Assembly: GCA_964519145.1 (NCBI GenBank)
Contig: CAZFHL010000001.1
Coordinates: 682-64,681 of the forward strand
Source of the DNA: an uncultured Candidatus Saccharibacteria bacterium
GTDB taxonomy: Bacteria > Patescibacteriota > Minisyncoccia > Phycocordibacterales > WO2-35-19
Reading direction: 5' to 3'
DNA length: 64,000 nucleotides
Made by a program: the position numbers and the translations under genes. The notes beneath the pieces are model-generated. The model saw only the letters and a program-made list of their open reading frames with translations. It was not told where the DNA came from and made no database searches. Positions 49,779-58,898 of this stretch are shown here, piece by piece; within the stretch, counting starts at the first letter, position 1; the number at the start of each line of letters is the position of its first letter.

Positions 49779-51554
49779 ATGGAAATTAGAAATATCGCAA
49801 TTATAGCTCACGTTGATCATGGCAAAACTACATTAACTGATGCTATTTTAAAACAAACAGGAGCAGTAGAAGATGGGGCTTCAATGGACTCAAACACGCT
49901 AGAAAAAGAGCGTGGTATTACTATTTATTCCAAAAATGCTTCTATTTTATACAAAGATAATAAAATCAATTTGGTTGACACTCCTGGGCATGCCGATTTT
50001 GGATCTGAAGTAGAAAGAATTCTCCGTTCCATTGATTGTGTACTTTTAGTAGTAGATGCTCAAGAGGGTCCAATGCCACAAACAAGATTTGTCTTGAAAA
50101 AATCTTTAGAAATAGGGCATAAGCCTATAGTCGTTTTAAATAAAATAGATAAACCCGCAGCCGACCCTAAAAAAGCTCATGATGAGATTTTTGAATTATT
50201 TTTTGATTTAGGAGCAACAGAAGAACAATTAAATTTCACTACTGTTTATGCTATTGGAAAAGATGGTGTGGCAATGAAAAATTTGGAAGATGAAAGAAAA
50301 GATATGTCTCCACTTTTAGATACAATTTTAGAAAAAGTTGCCCCAGCTAAAAATGATATAAATTTAGGACTTAGGGCTCAACCTTTCAATTTAGCTTATG
50401 ACAATTTTTTAGGGAGGCTCGCCATCATCCGTGTTTATGAAGGTGTCTTAAAAGATGGTCAAAAAGTTTTTGTTAAAAAAAGTGACGGCTCTATTTCTGA
50501 AAATAAAATTACAAAAATATTTACATTTGAAGGTACAAAAAGAAAAGAAGTTTCAGAAGCTAGAGCAGGAGACATTGCTATTATTGCTGGACTTCCGGAT
50601 ATCTATATAGGAGACACTGTTTGTGATCAAAAAGAAACAGAAATTTTGCCAACTATAAAAGTAGATGAACCAACAATTGCTTTAAATTTTTTAGTAAACA
50701 ATTCACCTTTTGGTGGTAGAGAGGGTAAATTTGTGACAAGCAGACAAATCAGAGAAAGGCTTGAAAAAGAGTTAGAAATAAATGTAGGTTTAAAAGTAGA
50801 TTTCTTTGGTGATGATATGAAGGTTTATGGTAGAGGAGAACTTCATATTGCAATACTTCTTGAAAATATGAGGAGAGAAGGTTTTGAATTACAAGTTTCT
50901 CAACCTCAAGTTATTATAAAAGATATAGATGGTGTAAAAAGTGAACCATTTGAAGAAATAACAATAGATATACCGATAGATATGCAAGGCACCGTTATAG
51001 AAAAACTAGGCAAAAGAGGAGCCCTAATGCTAAATATTAAACAAGATGAAAACAGAATGAGACTTGTTTTTGAAGGGCCAACTAGGGGATTGCTTGGCTA
51101 TAGAAATCAATTTGTTGTAGATACAAAAGGGGAGGGTATATTTGCAAGCAGGGTGATTGGTTTTAAACCTTATGCAGGGGAAATTCAAAAAAAGCCAACA
51201 GGCTCTATGGTCTCTATGGCAAATGGAAAAGCTTTGGCTTTTGCTTTAGACAATTTGCAAACAAGAGGTACTTTATACATCAGCCCTACTACAGAAGTGT
51301 ATGAGGGTATGGTCATAGGGGATACTGCAAAAGGCGATGATATGACAGTTAATCCAACAAAAGGTAAACAATTAACAAATATGAGAGCAAGCGGTAGTGA
51401 TGAAAAGATTTATTTAGCTCCACCTATCCCTATTACTATAGAAAGTGGGCTTGAAATTATGTCTGAAGATGAATATTTAGAAATTACTCCAAAAAATGTA
51501 AGACTGCGTAAAAAATATTTGACAGAATTAGAAAGAGCAAAATCTTCAAAATAA
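49779..51554 (+). CDS. typA: Translational GTPase TypA/BipA
   Basis: AHVDHGKTT, ERGITI, DTPGHADF, NKID, GRGELH. Confidence 0.97.
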   Translation: MEIRNIAIIAHVDHGKTTLTDAILKQTGAVEDGASMDSNTLEKERGITIYSKNASILYKDNKINLVDTPGHADFGSEVERILRSIDCVLLVVDAQEGPMPQTRFVLKKSLEIGHKPIVVLNKIDKPAADPKKAHDEIFELFFDLGATEEQLNFTTVYAIGKDGVAMKNLEDERKDMSPLLDTILEKVAPAKNDINLGLRAQPFNLAYDNFLGRLAIIRVYEGVLKDGQKVFVKKSDGSISENKITKIFTFEGTKRKEVSEARAGDIAIIAGLPDIYIGDTVCDQKETEILPTIKVDEPTIALNFLVNNSPFGGREGKFVTSRQIRERLEKELEINVGLKVDFFGDDMKVYGRGELHIAILLENMRREGFELQVSQPQVIIKDIDGVKSEPFEEITIDIPIDMQGTVIEKLGKRGALMLNIKQDENRMRLVFEGPTRGLLGYRNQFVVDTKGEGIFASRVIGFKPYAGEIQKKPTGSMVSMANGKALAFALDNLQTRGTLYISPTTEVYEGMVIGDTAKGDDMTVNPTKGKQLTNMRASGSDEKIYLAPPIPITIESGLEIMSEDEYLEITPKNVRLRKKYLTELERAKSSK

Positions 51555-51647
51555 TTGATGGTAGTTTTTTGAAATAGGTTTAATATATAAATGAAAATGG
51601 AAAAAGCGGCGAGGAAATCCTCGCCGCTTTCAATGAGCACCCTATTG

Positions 51648-52007
51648 TTATCGGGAAATAGGGATTGCTGGGTTCGCGAATTCTGGCATTTGTGGCATCT
51701 TTTCGACTTTTCCGCCATGTTCTTCCAACACCGCGTAAGCAGCGGCTGATAGCTCCATGAACTCCGTGCACATTTCTGGGGATAAATCCTCCCCATAAAT
51801 TATGAATTCACCAAAATTCAATTCATAGAAGACGTGTCCAAGTGTCAGGATAACCAATCTTCCATTGTGATTTTGGAGTTCCATCATCCTGAGGAATCTG
51901 ACCATCAACTTGAATCGGGCAGGAAATCTACCCATCTCCTCAGCACACTTCTCTAGTGTGTACATAAAGGAAATAATAACCCTTTTTTCTTCTTTTGCAA
52001 GATCCAT
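51648..52007 (-). CDS. Hypothetical protein
   Basis: AAGGAG RBS, downstream GC-rich terminator at about 51605-51631. Confidence 0.65.
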   Translation of the reverse strand: MDLAKEEKRVIISFMYTLEKCAEEMGRFPARFKLMVRFLRMMELQNHNGRLVILTLGHVFYELNFGEFIIYGEDLSPEMCTEFMELSAAAYAVLEEHGGKVEKMPQMPEFANPAIPISR

Positions 52008-52031
52008 TCCATTCTCCTTTTTGTTGTGAAA

Positions 52032-52304
52032 TTACTGAAGACTTTTCTGTAAATCCCGCAGGACGCGACAGGCTTTGTCATCATCCCACATCAACCTGAT
52101 GGCGCTATCAAGCTTCTCAAAGTCTTGATATGTGAATTCTCCTTTACACCATAGAGAAAGACGTACAGTCTCTGCAGTTGAGAGATCTGATCGTAAATCA
52201 CCCCTTCTAAAACAAACCTCTCTTGCTGTCTGCCGGACTTTATTTATCACGGCAATCTGGCAGATTGTTAGTTTGGGGTTAACCCAGTTCTTTCGTTTTT
52301 GCAT
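52032..52304 (-). CDS. Hypothetical protein
   Basis: ATG just after a TTGACT promoter; co-oriented with 51648-52007. Confidence 0.55.
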   Translation of the reverse strand: MQKRKNWVNPKLTICQIAVINKVRQTAREVCFRRGDLRSDLSTAETVRLSLWCKGEFTYQDFEKLDSAIRLMWDDDKACRVLRDLQKSLQ

Positions 52305-52388
52305 ATCTTTTTAAATACTAACATCTTTACAGAAAAAAGTCAAGAGTAGCTTAAAACCTATCAAAATAAGGGTATTTTTGGAAAATAT

Positions 52389-53138
52389 TTATTTATAAAA
52401 GAGTGCTTCAATACCGTCCCAGAAACCATCTTTATCGCTGTCTTTGATTTTTGTATCTGTTTTTATACACTCACTACCTTGGCTAGAGGAAAGACATTCT
52501 TCTAAATAATCCTCTTTTCCATCTTCATCTATATCTTTTGTATAAGTATTTAATCTATCTTTTAACTCTTCAATACTGGCTGTGCTTTTGGTAACGACAG
52601 ATCCTTTTGCATGGTTAAAACTTAAAACTTTTATTTCTTTATCTATAACAAAATAAATCATTCCTCTACTTTTACTTATCATTGATTCGTTTTCTTCAAA
52701 TTTAAAATCGGTCGTTAATATGATTTGTTTATCATCTTGCCAAACATATTTGAAATCTGATTTTTTCAATTCTTTTCCAATAAAATAAACGGCATCCATT
52801 CTTTCAAAACATTCTTTTTCTTTTGATTTGTCTTTGCAAATTTCTGATACTTGATAAGAAATTTTTGATAAGTTTTTGATATCATGATTTTTGGCAAAAT
52901 CTAAATATTTTTCTAATACAATCCAAGCTTTATCTTTTATTGCCAATTCCTCTGTGTTTTGTTTTGGCAAACTATTTGTTTCTTGAATATTTGGATTTTG
53001 TATTTCGTCTTGTTTTATTACATTGTCTGTATTTTGAACAACCTCCATTCTTTGAGGTGAATTATTTGTGTATTTTATATAGATGCTAAATAAGGCAATA
53101 ACAAGAATGATAAATATAAAAATATTTTTTTTAGTCAT
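52389..53138 (-). CDS. Membrane-anchored exported protein with Ca-binding DxDxDG repeats
   Basis: N-terminal TM helix; DIDEDGKEDYLE and DSDKDGFWDGIE. Confidence 0.75.
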   Translation of the reverse strand: MTKKNIFIFIILVIALFSIYIKYTNNSPQRMEVVQNTDNVIKQDEIQNPNIQETNSLPKQNTEELAIKDKAWIVLEKYLDFAKNHDIKNLSKISYQVSEICKDKSKEKECFERMDAVYFIGKELKKSDFKYVWQDDKQIILTTDFKFEENESMISKSRGMIYFVIDKEIKVLSFNHAKGSVVTKSTASIEELKDRLNTYTKDIDEDGKEDYLEECLSSSQGSECIKTDTKIKDSDKDGFWDGIEALFYK

Positions 53139-53179
53139 ATTTTATATGATAGTATATAAATATTAAAAAACCAAATAAA

Positions 53180-53806
53180 ATGAAAGAAGAAATATCTAAA
53201 GTATTAAATAAAAAAGAATTGAGCATAGTCCAAAAATTGAATACTCCAATTAAGGTACAAGATTTTTTAGATGAAATACCTTTCAATAAAGAAGAAAATG
53301 GAGAGACGTATTATTCTCCAAGAAAAATGATTTTAAATAACAAAGCTCATTGTTTTGAAGGAGCTTTATTTGCAACCCTGTGTCTTTCTTTTCACAACAT
53401 TAAAAGTTTTTTGATTGATTTGAAAGTGAAAAATATTAAAAAAGATTCTGATCATATTGTTTGTGTATACGAATTAAATGGCTTTTTGGGGGCTATTAGT
53501 AAAACTAACCATTCTGTTTTAAGGTGGCGAGATCCTGTTTACAAAAATACAAGAGAATTGGTGATGTCATATTTTAATGAATATTTTTTAGATTCAGGTG
53601 AAAAGACTTTAGATTCTTATTCTGTTTCTTTTAATATTTTTAAATATTTTGATTTTGACTGGATAGATGAAATAAAAAATTTAAATAGTGTGGCAGAAAA
53701 AATAGATGATATAAAACATATTAAAATAATTCCAGAAGTAAATAAAAAATTTGTAAGAAAGGCTACAGATGTAGAAATAAAGGGGGCTTCTGTTAAAGAG
53801 TATTGA
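53180..53806 (+). CDS. Conserved hypothetical protein, transglutaminase-like Cys-His core
   Basis: AHCFEGA, DSDH, GAISKTN, ELVMSYFNEY. Confidence 0.7.
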   Translation: MKEEISKVLNKKELSIVQKLNTPIKVQDFLDEIPFNKEENGETYYSPRKMILNNKAHCFEGALFATLCLSFHNIKSFLIDLKVKNIKKDSDHIVCVYELNGFLGAISKTNHSVLRWRDPVYKNTRELVMSYFNEYFLDSGEKTLDSYSVSFNIFKYFDFDWIDEIKNLNSVAEKIDDIKHIKIIPEVNKKFVRKATDVEIKGASVKEY

Positions 53807-53855
53807 TATAAATAATTGTATAGATATGATCTAGAAGTTATTCATATTTTTAGAC

Positions 53856-54272
53856 TTGATTTGTTTTTATCGTAGGTGTATATATATTGTAGAAGTAGTA
53901 AATTCCTCAAAGGAGTATTGCTTGAAAAAAGTCTGTTCAAAAAGGGAGAAAAACCATCGAAAATCAGATGGTATTAGGGTGGAGAAAATAGACAGTCAAG
54001 TTGCAAAATATCTTTTACATGGTGGTATGCAATTTTATTGTGACACTTTTGTAAAAGATGAAAAATTGAGGGATGAAATTTTAGATCAAATCAGGCTTAG
54101 ATTTGGTTGTAAGGATCCACAAATTCTTTTCTATAATAAATCTTTTACTAGAAACGAAGTAGGACAATCTTTTTATTTTTTTCGGATTTCATTGCCAAAT
54201 CCAAACAAAGGCTATCATAATATGAGGATTCAATTTCGTGAGAAGATTAAAATAAACACTAAGGTGAGGTAA
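53856..54272 (+). CDS. Hypothetical protein (start may be TTG 53922)
   Basis: AAGGAG before TTG 53922; downstream terminator. Confidence 0.5.
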   Translation: MICFYRRCIYIVEVVNSSKEYCLKKVCSKREKNHRKSDGIRVEKIDSQVAKYLLHGGMQFYCDTFVKDEKLRDEILDQIRLRFGCKDPQILFYNKSFTRNEVGQSFYFFRISLPNPNKGYHNMRIQFREKIKINTKVR

Positions 54273-54403
54273 TTCATAAGAAAGTGAGGTGATCCAGTTC
54301 TAGCAAACCCCTGCTGGTTTTCCACAGGGGTTTTTGCTTGACTCTATTTTTATTTAGGTGTATAAATTTTATAGTTAGTAAATTTCTGCATCGAAGGAGA
54401 TTT

Positions 54404-54598
54404 ATGTTATCGGTTTGCAGATCAAACGGGTTGTTTTATCGAAGAGACCCAAGACCACTCGTCCCACCTGCTCGCCTTGTAATACAGGGTGAGTACAAGG
54501 AGAAAGTTTCTCTTGTTGAAAATAGACAAGAGAGAAAAGTCGTAGAAAGCCCTCAAGATGTTGCAAGGAGGCAATTTCAAGAACTTTTCTCAAGTTAG
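54404..54598 (+). CDS. Small hypothetical protein
   Basis: TTGACT promoter, GAAGGAG RBS before ATG 54404. Confidence 0.5.
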   Translation: MLSVCRSNGLFYRRDPRPLVPPARLVIQGEYKEKVSLVENRQERKVVESPQDVARRQFQELFSS

Positions 54599-54699
54599 AA
54601 TTTAAAATTGCTCTGTTATTAAAACAGGGCAATTTTCATTTGACTTATGTTTATTGTGTAGTATTATATTTTAAGGCAAATAAAGAAGGAGGTTTTTGA

Positions 54700-55146
54700 A
54701 TGGTTTTAAACAGAAGAGAGAATGTAAATAGGTCAAATATTTTGAAGGTATTGATGAGAGAATTAAGACTCGCTACAGGTATTTCTCTTGATAAAGTGGC
54801 GGATACATTTGGTGTGTCACGAGAAGCAGATCTTGTTGATATTGCAGTGGCTGTGAGAGTTCAAGAAGTAAATCTTCTTTTAGCGGCACAAAATGAACAA
54901 AAAATTAGAAGTATTCGTTTTGCTTTAGAAAATGTTAAGGAAGGAAATTTTGGCACATGCCTTGTTTGTGAAGAGCCTATTTCACAAGCAAGATTGAATG
55001 CTGTTCCTTGGGCAGTAAGGTGTGTTTCTTGTGAAGAATCTAGAAATTCAGAATCCGGAAATGATCATTTCAATTTTGATAACAAGGATAGTCTATCGGC
55101 TCTTGTAGATCTTTATATGGAAGATGGGCAACAGATGGCTGTTTAA
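54700..55146 (+). CDS. DksA/TraR family C4 zinc-finger protein
   Basis: DLVDIA (DxxDxA), FGTCLVCEEPISQARLNAVPWAVRCVSC. Confidence 0.85.
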   Translation: MVLNRRENVNRSNILKVLMRELRLATGISLDKVADTFGVSREADLVDIAVAVRVQEVNLLLAAQNEQKIRSIRFALENVKEGNFGTCLVCEEPISQARLNAVPWAVRCVSCEESRNSESGNDHFNFDNKDSLSALVDLYMEDGQQMAV

Positions 55147-55237
55147 TCACTATAATATTCTATGGTAATTTTTAAAAATGGGTGCAAATGCACCCATTTT
55201 TTGTTATAATATTTTTATTAAGAGTTTAATATATTTT

Positions 55238-55471
55238 ATGGGTATTAAAGATTTTTTTGTAAGAAAAATGATAGAAAGTAAAATGAAGGATGTACCAGCA
55301 GAGCAAAGAGAAATGCTCATGTCTGCTTTAGAGAGTAATCCTGATTTTTTTATGAAAATCGCAGAGGAAATTGAAATGGAAACTAAAAAAGGTAGAGATC
55401 AAATGACTGTAGCAATGGAAGTTATGAATAAACACAAAGATCAATTGCAAAAAATATTGATCCCAAAATAA
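55238..55471 (+). CDS. Small hypothetical protein
   Basis: Likely start MGIKDFFVRKM; Met-rich helical sequence. Confidence 0.7.
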   Translation: MGIKDFFVRKMIESKMKDVPAEQREMLMSALESNPDFFMKIAEEIEMETKKGRDQMTVAMEVMNKHKDQLQKILIPK

Positions 55472-55474
55472 TAT

Positions 55475-56047
55475 ATGAAGAAAATATTTATATTGATAGG
55501 GCATCCTGATAAAATAAGTTTCAACAAAGAGCTTGCCGAATTTTATGCAAAAGGAGCTTTAAGTCAAAAAAATGAAGTAAGAATAAAATCTTTAGCTGAT
55601 TTGTCTTTCGATCCAATTCTACATAGAGGTTATAGAGAAATACAAGAATTAGAAAAAGATTTGGTAGATGTACAAGAAGATATAAAATGGTGCGATCATT
55701 TTGTCGTCGTATACCCATCTTGGTGGTCTACTATGCCGGCTTTGCTCAAAGGATTTTTTGATCGTATTTGGTTGCCAAATTTTGCTTTTAAATTTCATCC
55801 AAATGGTTTGTGGTGGCAAGGTTTGTTTAAGGGTAAAACTGCAAGGGTTTTTGTGACATCAGATGCGCACCCTCTTTTCACTAGGATTATTTTTGGAGAT
55901 ACAACAAACGAAATACGCAAAGGTATTTTGTGGTTTTCTGGATTTAGTGTCAGTGTAAAAAAAATAGGCCCATTAAAAAGAATTTCAGAAAATAAAAAAG
56001 AAAAATGGAGAAATAAAATGTATAAATGGGGTCAAAAAAATTATTAA
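55475..56047 (+). CDS. Flavodoxin-fold NAD(P)H dehydrogenase (quinone)
   Basis: GHP...SFN, YPSWWSTMPALLKGFFDR. Confidence 0.9.
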   Translation: MKKIFILIGHPDKISFNKELAEFYAKGALSQKNEVRIKSLADLSFDPILHRGYREIQELEKDLVDVQEDIKWCDHFVVVYPSWWSTMPALLKGFFDRIWLPNFAFKFHPNGLWWQGLFKGKTARVFVTSDAHPLFTRIIFGDTTNEIRKGILWFSGFSVSVKKIGPLKRISENKKEKWRNKMYKWGQKNY

Positions 56048-56068
56048 TTATTTAAGTAATATTTATTT

Positions 56069-56833
56069 ATGTTAGAAAAATATTTACAAGAAATAGGATT
56101 AAGCGACAAAGAGGCAAGTGTTTATTTGAGTTTACTTTCTGTTGAAAGAGCTTCTGTAATAGAATTATCAAAAAAAACAAAAATTAAAAGAACTACTATT
56201 TATGTCATAATAGATTCTTTGGCAAAAAAAGGTTTAGTGAGTGAAATAGTAGTTGGCAAAAAAACTCAATATTATGCAGAGTCTCCTGAAAGACTTGAAA
56301 CATTTTTAGATAAACAAAGATTTGCTTTAGAAGAATCAAGAAAAGTCTTGAAAGAAATGATTCCCCAAATAAAAAGTGTTCAAAGGGAAGGTGGAGAAAA
56401 GCCTGTAGTCAAGTATTTTGAAGGCAGAGAAGGTATCATAAGTACTTTAGAAGATTTTTTTAGAAATCCTGATGGGGATGGGGACATGACTTATCTTATT
56501 TATCCTAAAGATTTGCTCGAAGATATTTTTACAGAAGCTGAAAGAAATAAATATAGAGAAATGAGGGTGGGTAAAAATATTAAATCTAAAGTTTTTTATA
56601 CATCCGAAAAAAGTGAAAGACCGAGCGATAGTACAGGAGAGAGGATAAAAATTGATGGCAAAAAATATCCCATAACTTGTGATTTTTCTATTTATAAAGA
56701 TAGGGTTCGTATAAATATTTTAGGTAAAAAACTTTCTGGCATTTTTATCCGTAGTCAAGATTTGGCAGATACTCTAAAAAGCATTTTCAATTTGGCTTTT
56801 GATGGTATAAAGGATAAAAATAATATAAATTAA
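56069..56833 (+). CDS. TrmB family transcriptional regulator
   Basis: IGLSDKEASVYLSLL, RTTIY....L..KGLV, VKYFEGREG. Confidence 0.85.
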   Translation: MLEKYLQEIGLSDKEASVYLSLLSVERASVIELSKKTKIKRTTIYVIIDSLAKKGLVSEIVVGKKTQYYAESPERLETFLDKQRFALEESRKVLKEMIPQIKSVQREGGEKPVVKYFEGREGIISTLEDFFRNPDGDGDMTYLIYPKDLLEDIFTEAERNKYREMRVGKNIKSKVFYTSEKSERPSDSTGERIKIDGKKYPITCDFSIYKDRVRINILGKKLSGIFIRSQDLADTLKSIFNLAFDGIKDKNNIN

Positions 56834-56876
56834 AAAGGTATAATCTCTACACTTTTTTAAGTGAGTAGAATAAATT

Positions 56877-57009
56877 TATTACATAACATTTTCTCGGGTA
56901 CCAGTATTCATGTGCACGGATATTTTGTTGGTACAAAATTCCTCGTGCTCGCTCCGTCGAGACTCGCAAGGCACATGAATACTGGTACCACTCAACATGT
57001 TATGTAATA
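56877..57009 (-). repeat. Dispersed structured repeat, copy E7
   Basis: Core nearly identical to E6; arms show compensatory changes. Confidence 0.88.
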
Positions 57010-57100
57010 TATTAGAGATATCCTCTTTTTATAAAATACGAAAGCCCGGTACGCTTCGCGTACCGGGCTACCAGAGAATTTTTTAAAAACTTTCCCTGGG

Positions 57101-57124
57101 CTAACTTAAGAGGATATCAACCAT
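57101..57124 (-). CDS. Candidate 7-aa micro-ORF MVDILLS
   Basis: AAAGGAGG RBS, TTGACA-17-TATACT promoter (57268-57240), terminator 57042-57069. Confidence 0.4.
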   Translation of the reverse strand: MVDILLS

Positions 57125-57424
57125 GATGTCCTCCTTTCTGAAGTGGGTGTTTCGTTGATATCAGGTCTCTTTGCTAGAAAACATGTATTAAAAGCAAAGA
57201 ATACCGCATATCAGCTAAACCTCTCCCAGTTCATCATAAAGTATATCATATATTGACTAAGCTGTCAAATTATTGGTTAAATAAAATTCCGTATAGTAAT
57301 ACAATTTTTCTATTTTATGTCTATATTCTATGACATTAAATTTAAAACCATTTCTAAAATACATTGAAAAATATAGGTAATTTTGAATTTAAGAAAATGA
57401 AATGCTCTGTTGTGTCAAAAATGC

Positions 57425-57453
57425 TTGACAAATATATTGCTTTGGTATATACT
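57425..57453 (+). promoter_or_regulatory. Sigma-70 promoter
   Basis: TTGACA-17 nt-TATACT. Confidence 0.75.
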
Positions 57454-57697
57454 ATATCCAGAATCAATAAACAAAACGGAGTAGTTTCTACTCCCTCTTT
57501 TGGTCTCATCCCAGAAAATTTCGATGAGACCGTAAGAGGGGAGTTGAAAGAGGATGAAGCCTAGACCAATATGAGCGAAATGCTTGTGGCCCTCCAACTC
57601 CCCGCTCTTTTAAAAACCGAAGCAATTCGGTTTCCATCAAAGCAAGTTTACTCAAGTTTGTTTTGATGGGAGTAATCCCGAAGTCGAAAGGAGGCAA

Positions 57698-57853
57698 ATG
57701 ACATATTTGCCGAGAGAGCACAGCGCCTTTGTGGCGCAAGATGGGACAATCGTCCTACCGTTTGAAGCCAACGGTGGCTTCGACGCAGACAGGTTGTTCC
57801 CGTTTTTGGCGGTGATTGACGATTGGTTTTCAGAGGAGGAAACCGTGAAATAA
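57698..57853 (+). CDS. Unannotated 51-aa small protein after a long structured leader
   Basis: AAAGGAGG RBS; MTYLPREHSAFVAQDGTIVLPFEANGGFDADRLFPFLAVIDDWFSEEETVK*; downstream GC hairpin. Confidence 0.55.
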   Translation: MTYLPREHSAFVAQDGTIVLPFEANGGFDADRLFPFLAVIDDWFSEEETVK

Positions 57854-58173
57854 AGCCAGTCGTGTGCGGGGCAAGAGGAGGTTTGTCCCGCACCTCATAT
57901 TAGAATCAGATGTCTATGGTTTTGATAAGAGGTTATAAGTTAGCAGAGATTTTTGAAATAATTCTGAGTTCTAAAATGAACTTTAATGAAATGCTTCAAA
58001 AGTCTTTCTATAATAAAATCTTAATACTAAAACACAAAAGATGCCCAAAGCATCTTTTGTGTTTTAATAAAAATGTAATATTTTCTATACAATATTTTTA
58101 AATAAATAATAGTTGACTTTTTAACTTTACTATTTTAGTCTTTTTTTAGTTAGTTCGTTGAAAAGGAGTGTGT

Positions 58174-58896
58174 ATGGATAAGCCTATATCTACAGATGAT
58201 GCTTTAGCTGATTATTTGAAACGTATTAGATGGAATACTAGATCTACAAGTTTGGATTGTGCTGACATTATGAAAGCAACAAGAGTTGAGCAATCAACAA
58301 TAAGAAGATGGTATATAGGAACATGTGGTCCACTTGGGGAATCTTTGGTCAGGGTTAGATATTTTTTACATTTAAATAAATATCCAATAAAGGAATTGTT
58401 GGAGTTAGATGATTCTATATATAATCTTGGTTGGTTAGTGTATTTTAATCATATAACAATAGGAAAAATTGCTGAGGAATTGGGTTTTGGTGGTACAGAA
58501 CCAAAACAGCCAGTTTTTAGAATGTTACATGGTGACGGCATTCTTGTAGATGAACGAGTTCCATTTCTAAAAGGTATTTTAGAGAGATTTGATAAACAAT
58601 TGGCTATTATTGGCCTATCACATAAACAAAAAGTAGATTTAGATCCAAAAGTAATAGCCGATTCTATTTTGAAAATCTGTGTTGATGCTGATGCTTTATC
58701 AAAAGAATTGGTTTATTTGATTGAAACAACAAATGTGGCTCCAAGAGATTCTGTAAGAGGGTTGCTTGGTAAAAAGAGTTTTATGGAGATTGGAAATAAT
58801 CTTTTCCATTTGTGCAGACAATTAAATGCTTTGTCTACTGAAAGAGCAAGACTTGAATATTTGGTTACTCATTCAAAACAAAAAGGAGGAAAATAA
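58174..58896 (+). CDS. Hypothetical protein with a possible N-terminal HTH
   Basis: AAAGGAG RBS; DIMKATRVEQSTIRRW HTH-like segment. Confidence 0.65.
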   Translation: MDKPISTDDALADYLKRIRWNTRSTSLDCADIMKATRVEQSTIRRWYIGTCGPLGESLVRVRYFLHLNKYPIKELLELDDSIYNLGWLVYFNHITIGKIAEELGFGGTEPKQPVFRMLHGDGILVDERVPFLKGILERFDKQLAIIGLSHKQKVDLDPKVIADSILKICVDADALSKELVYLIETTNVAPRDSVRGLLGKKSFMEIGNNLFHLCRQLNALSTERARLEYLVTHSKQKGGK

Positions 58897-58898
58897 TT

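Noticed and set aside
275-57009. CRISPR array or integron attC sites as explanation for the repeats
   Set aside because: Copies are dispersed rather than regularly spaced, with no cas genes or integrase and no consistent RYYYAAC/GTTRRRY ends.
57480-57900. RNase P RNA or tmRNA
   Set aside because: No GAGGAAAGTCC or terminal CGGCTTA RNase P signatures and no tRNA-like ends on either strand.
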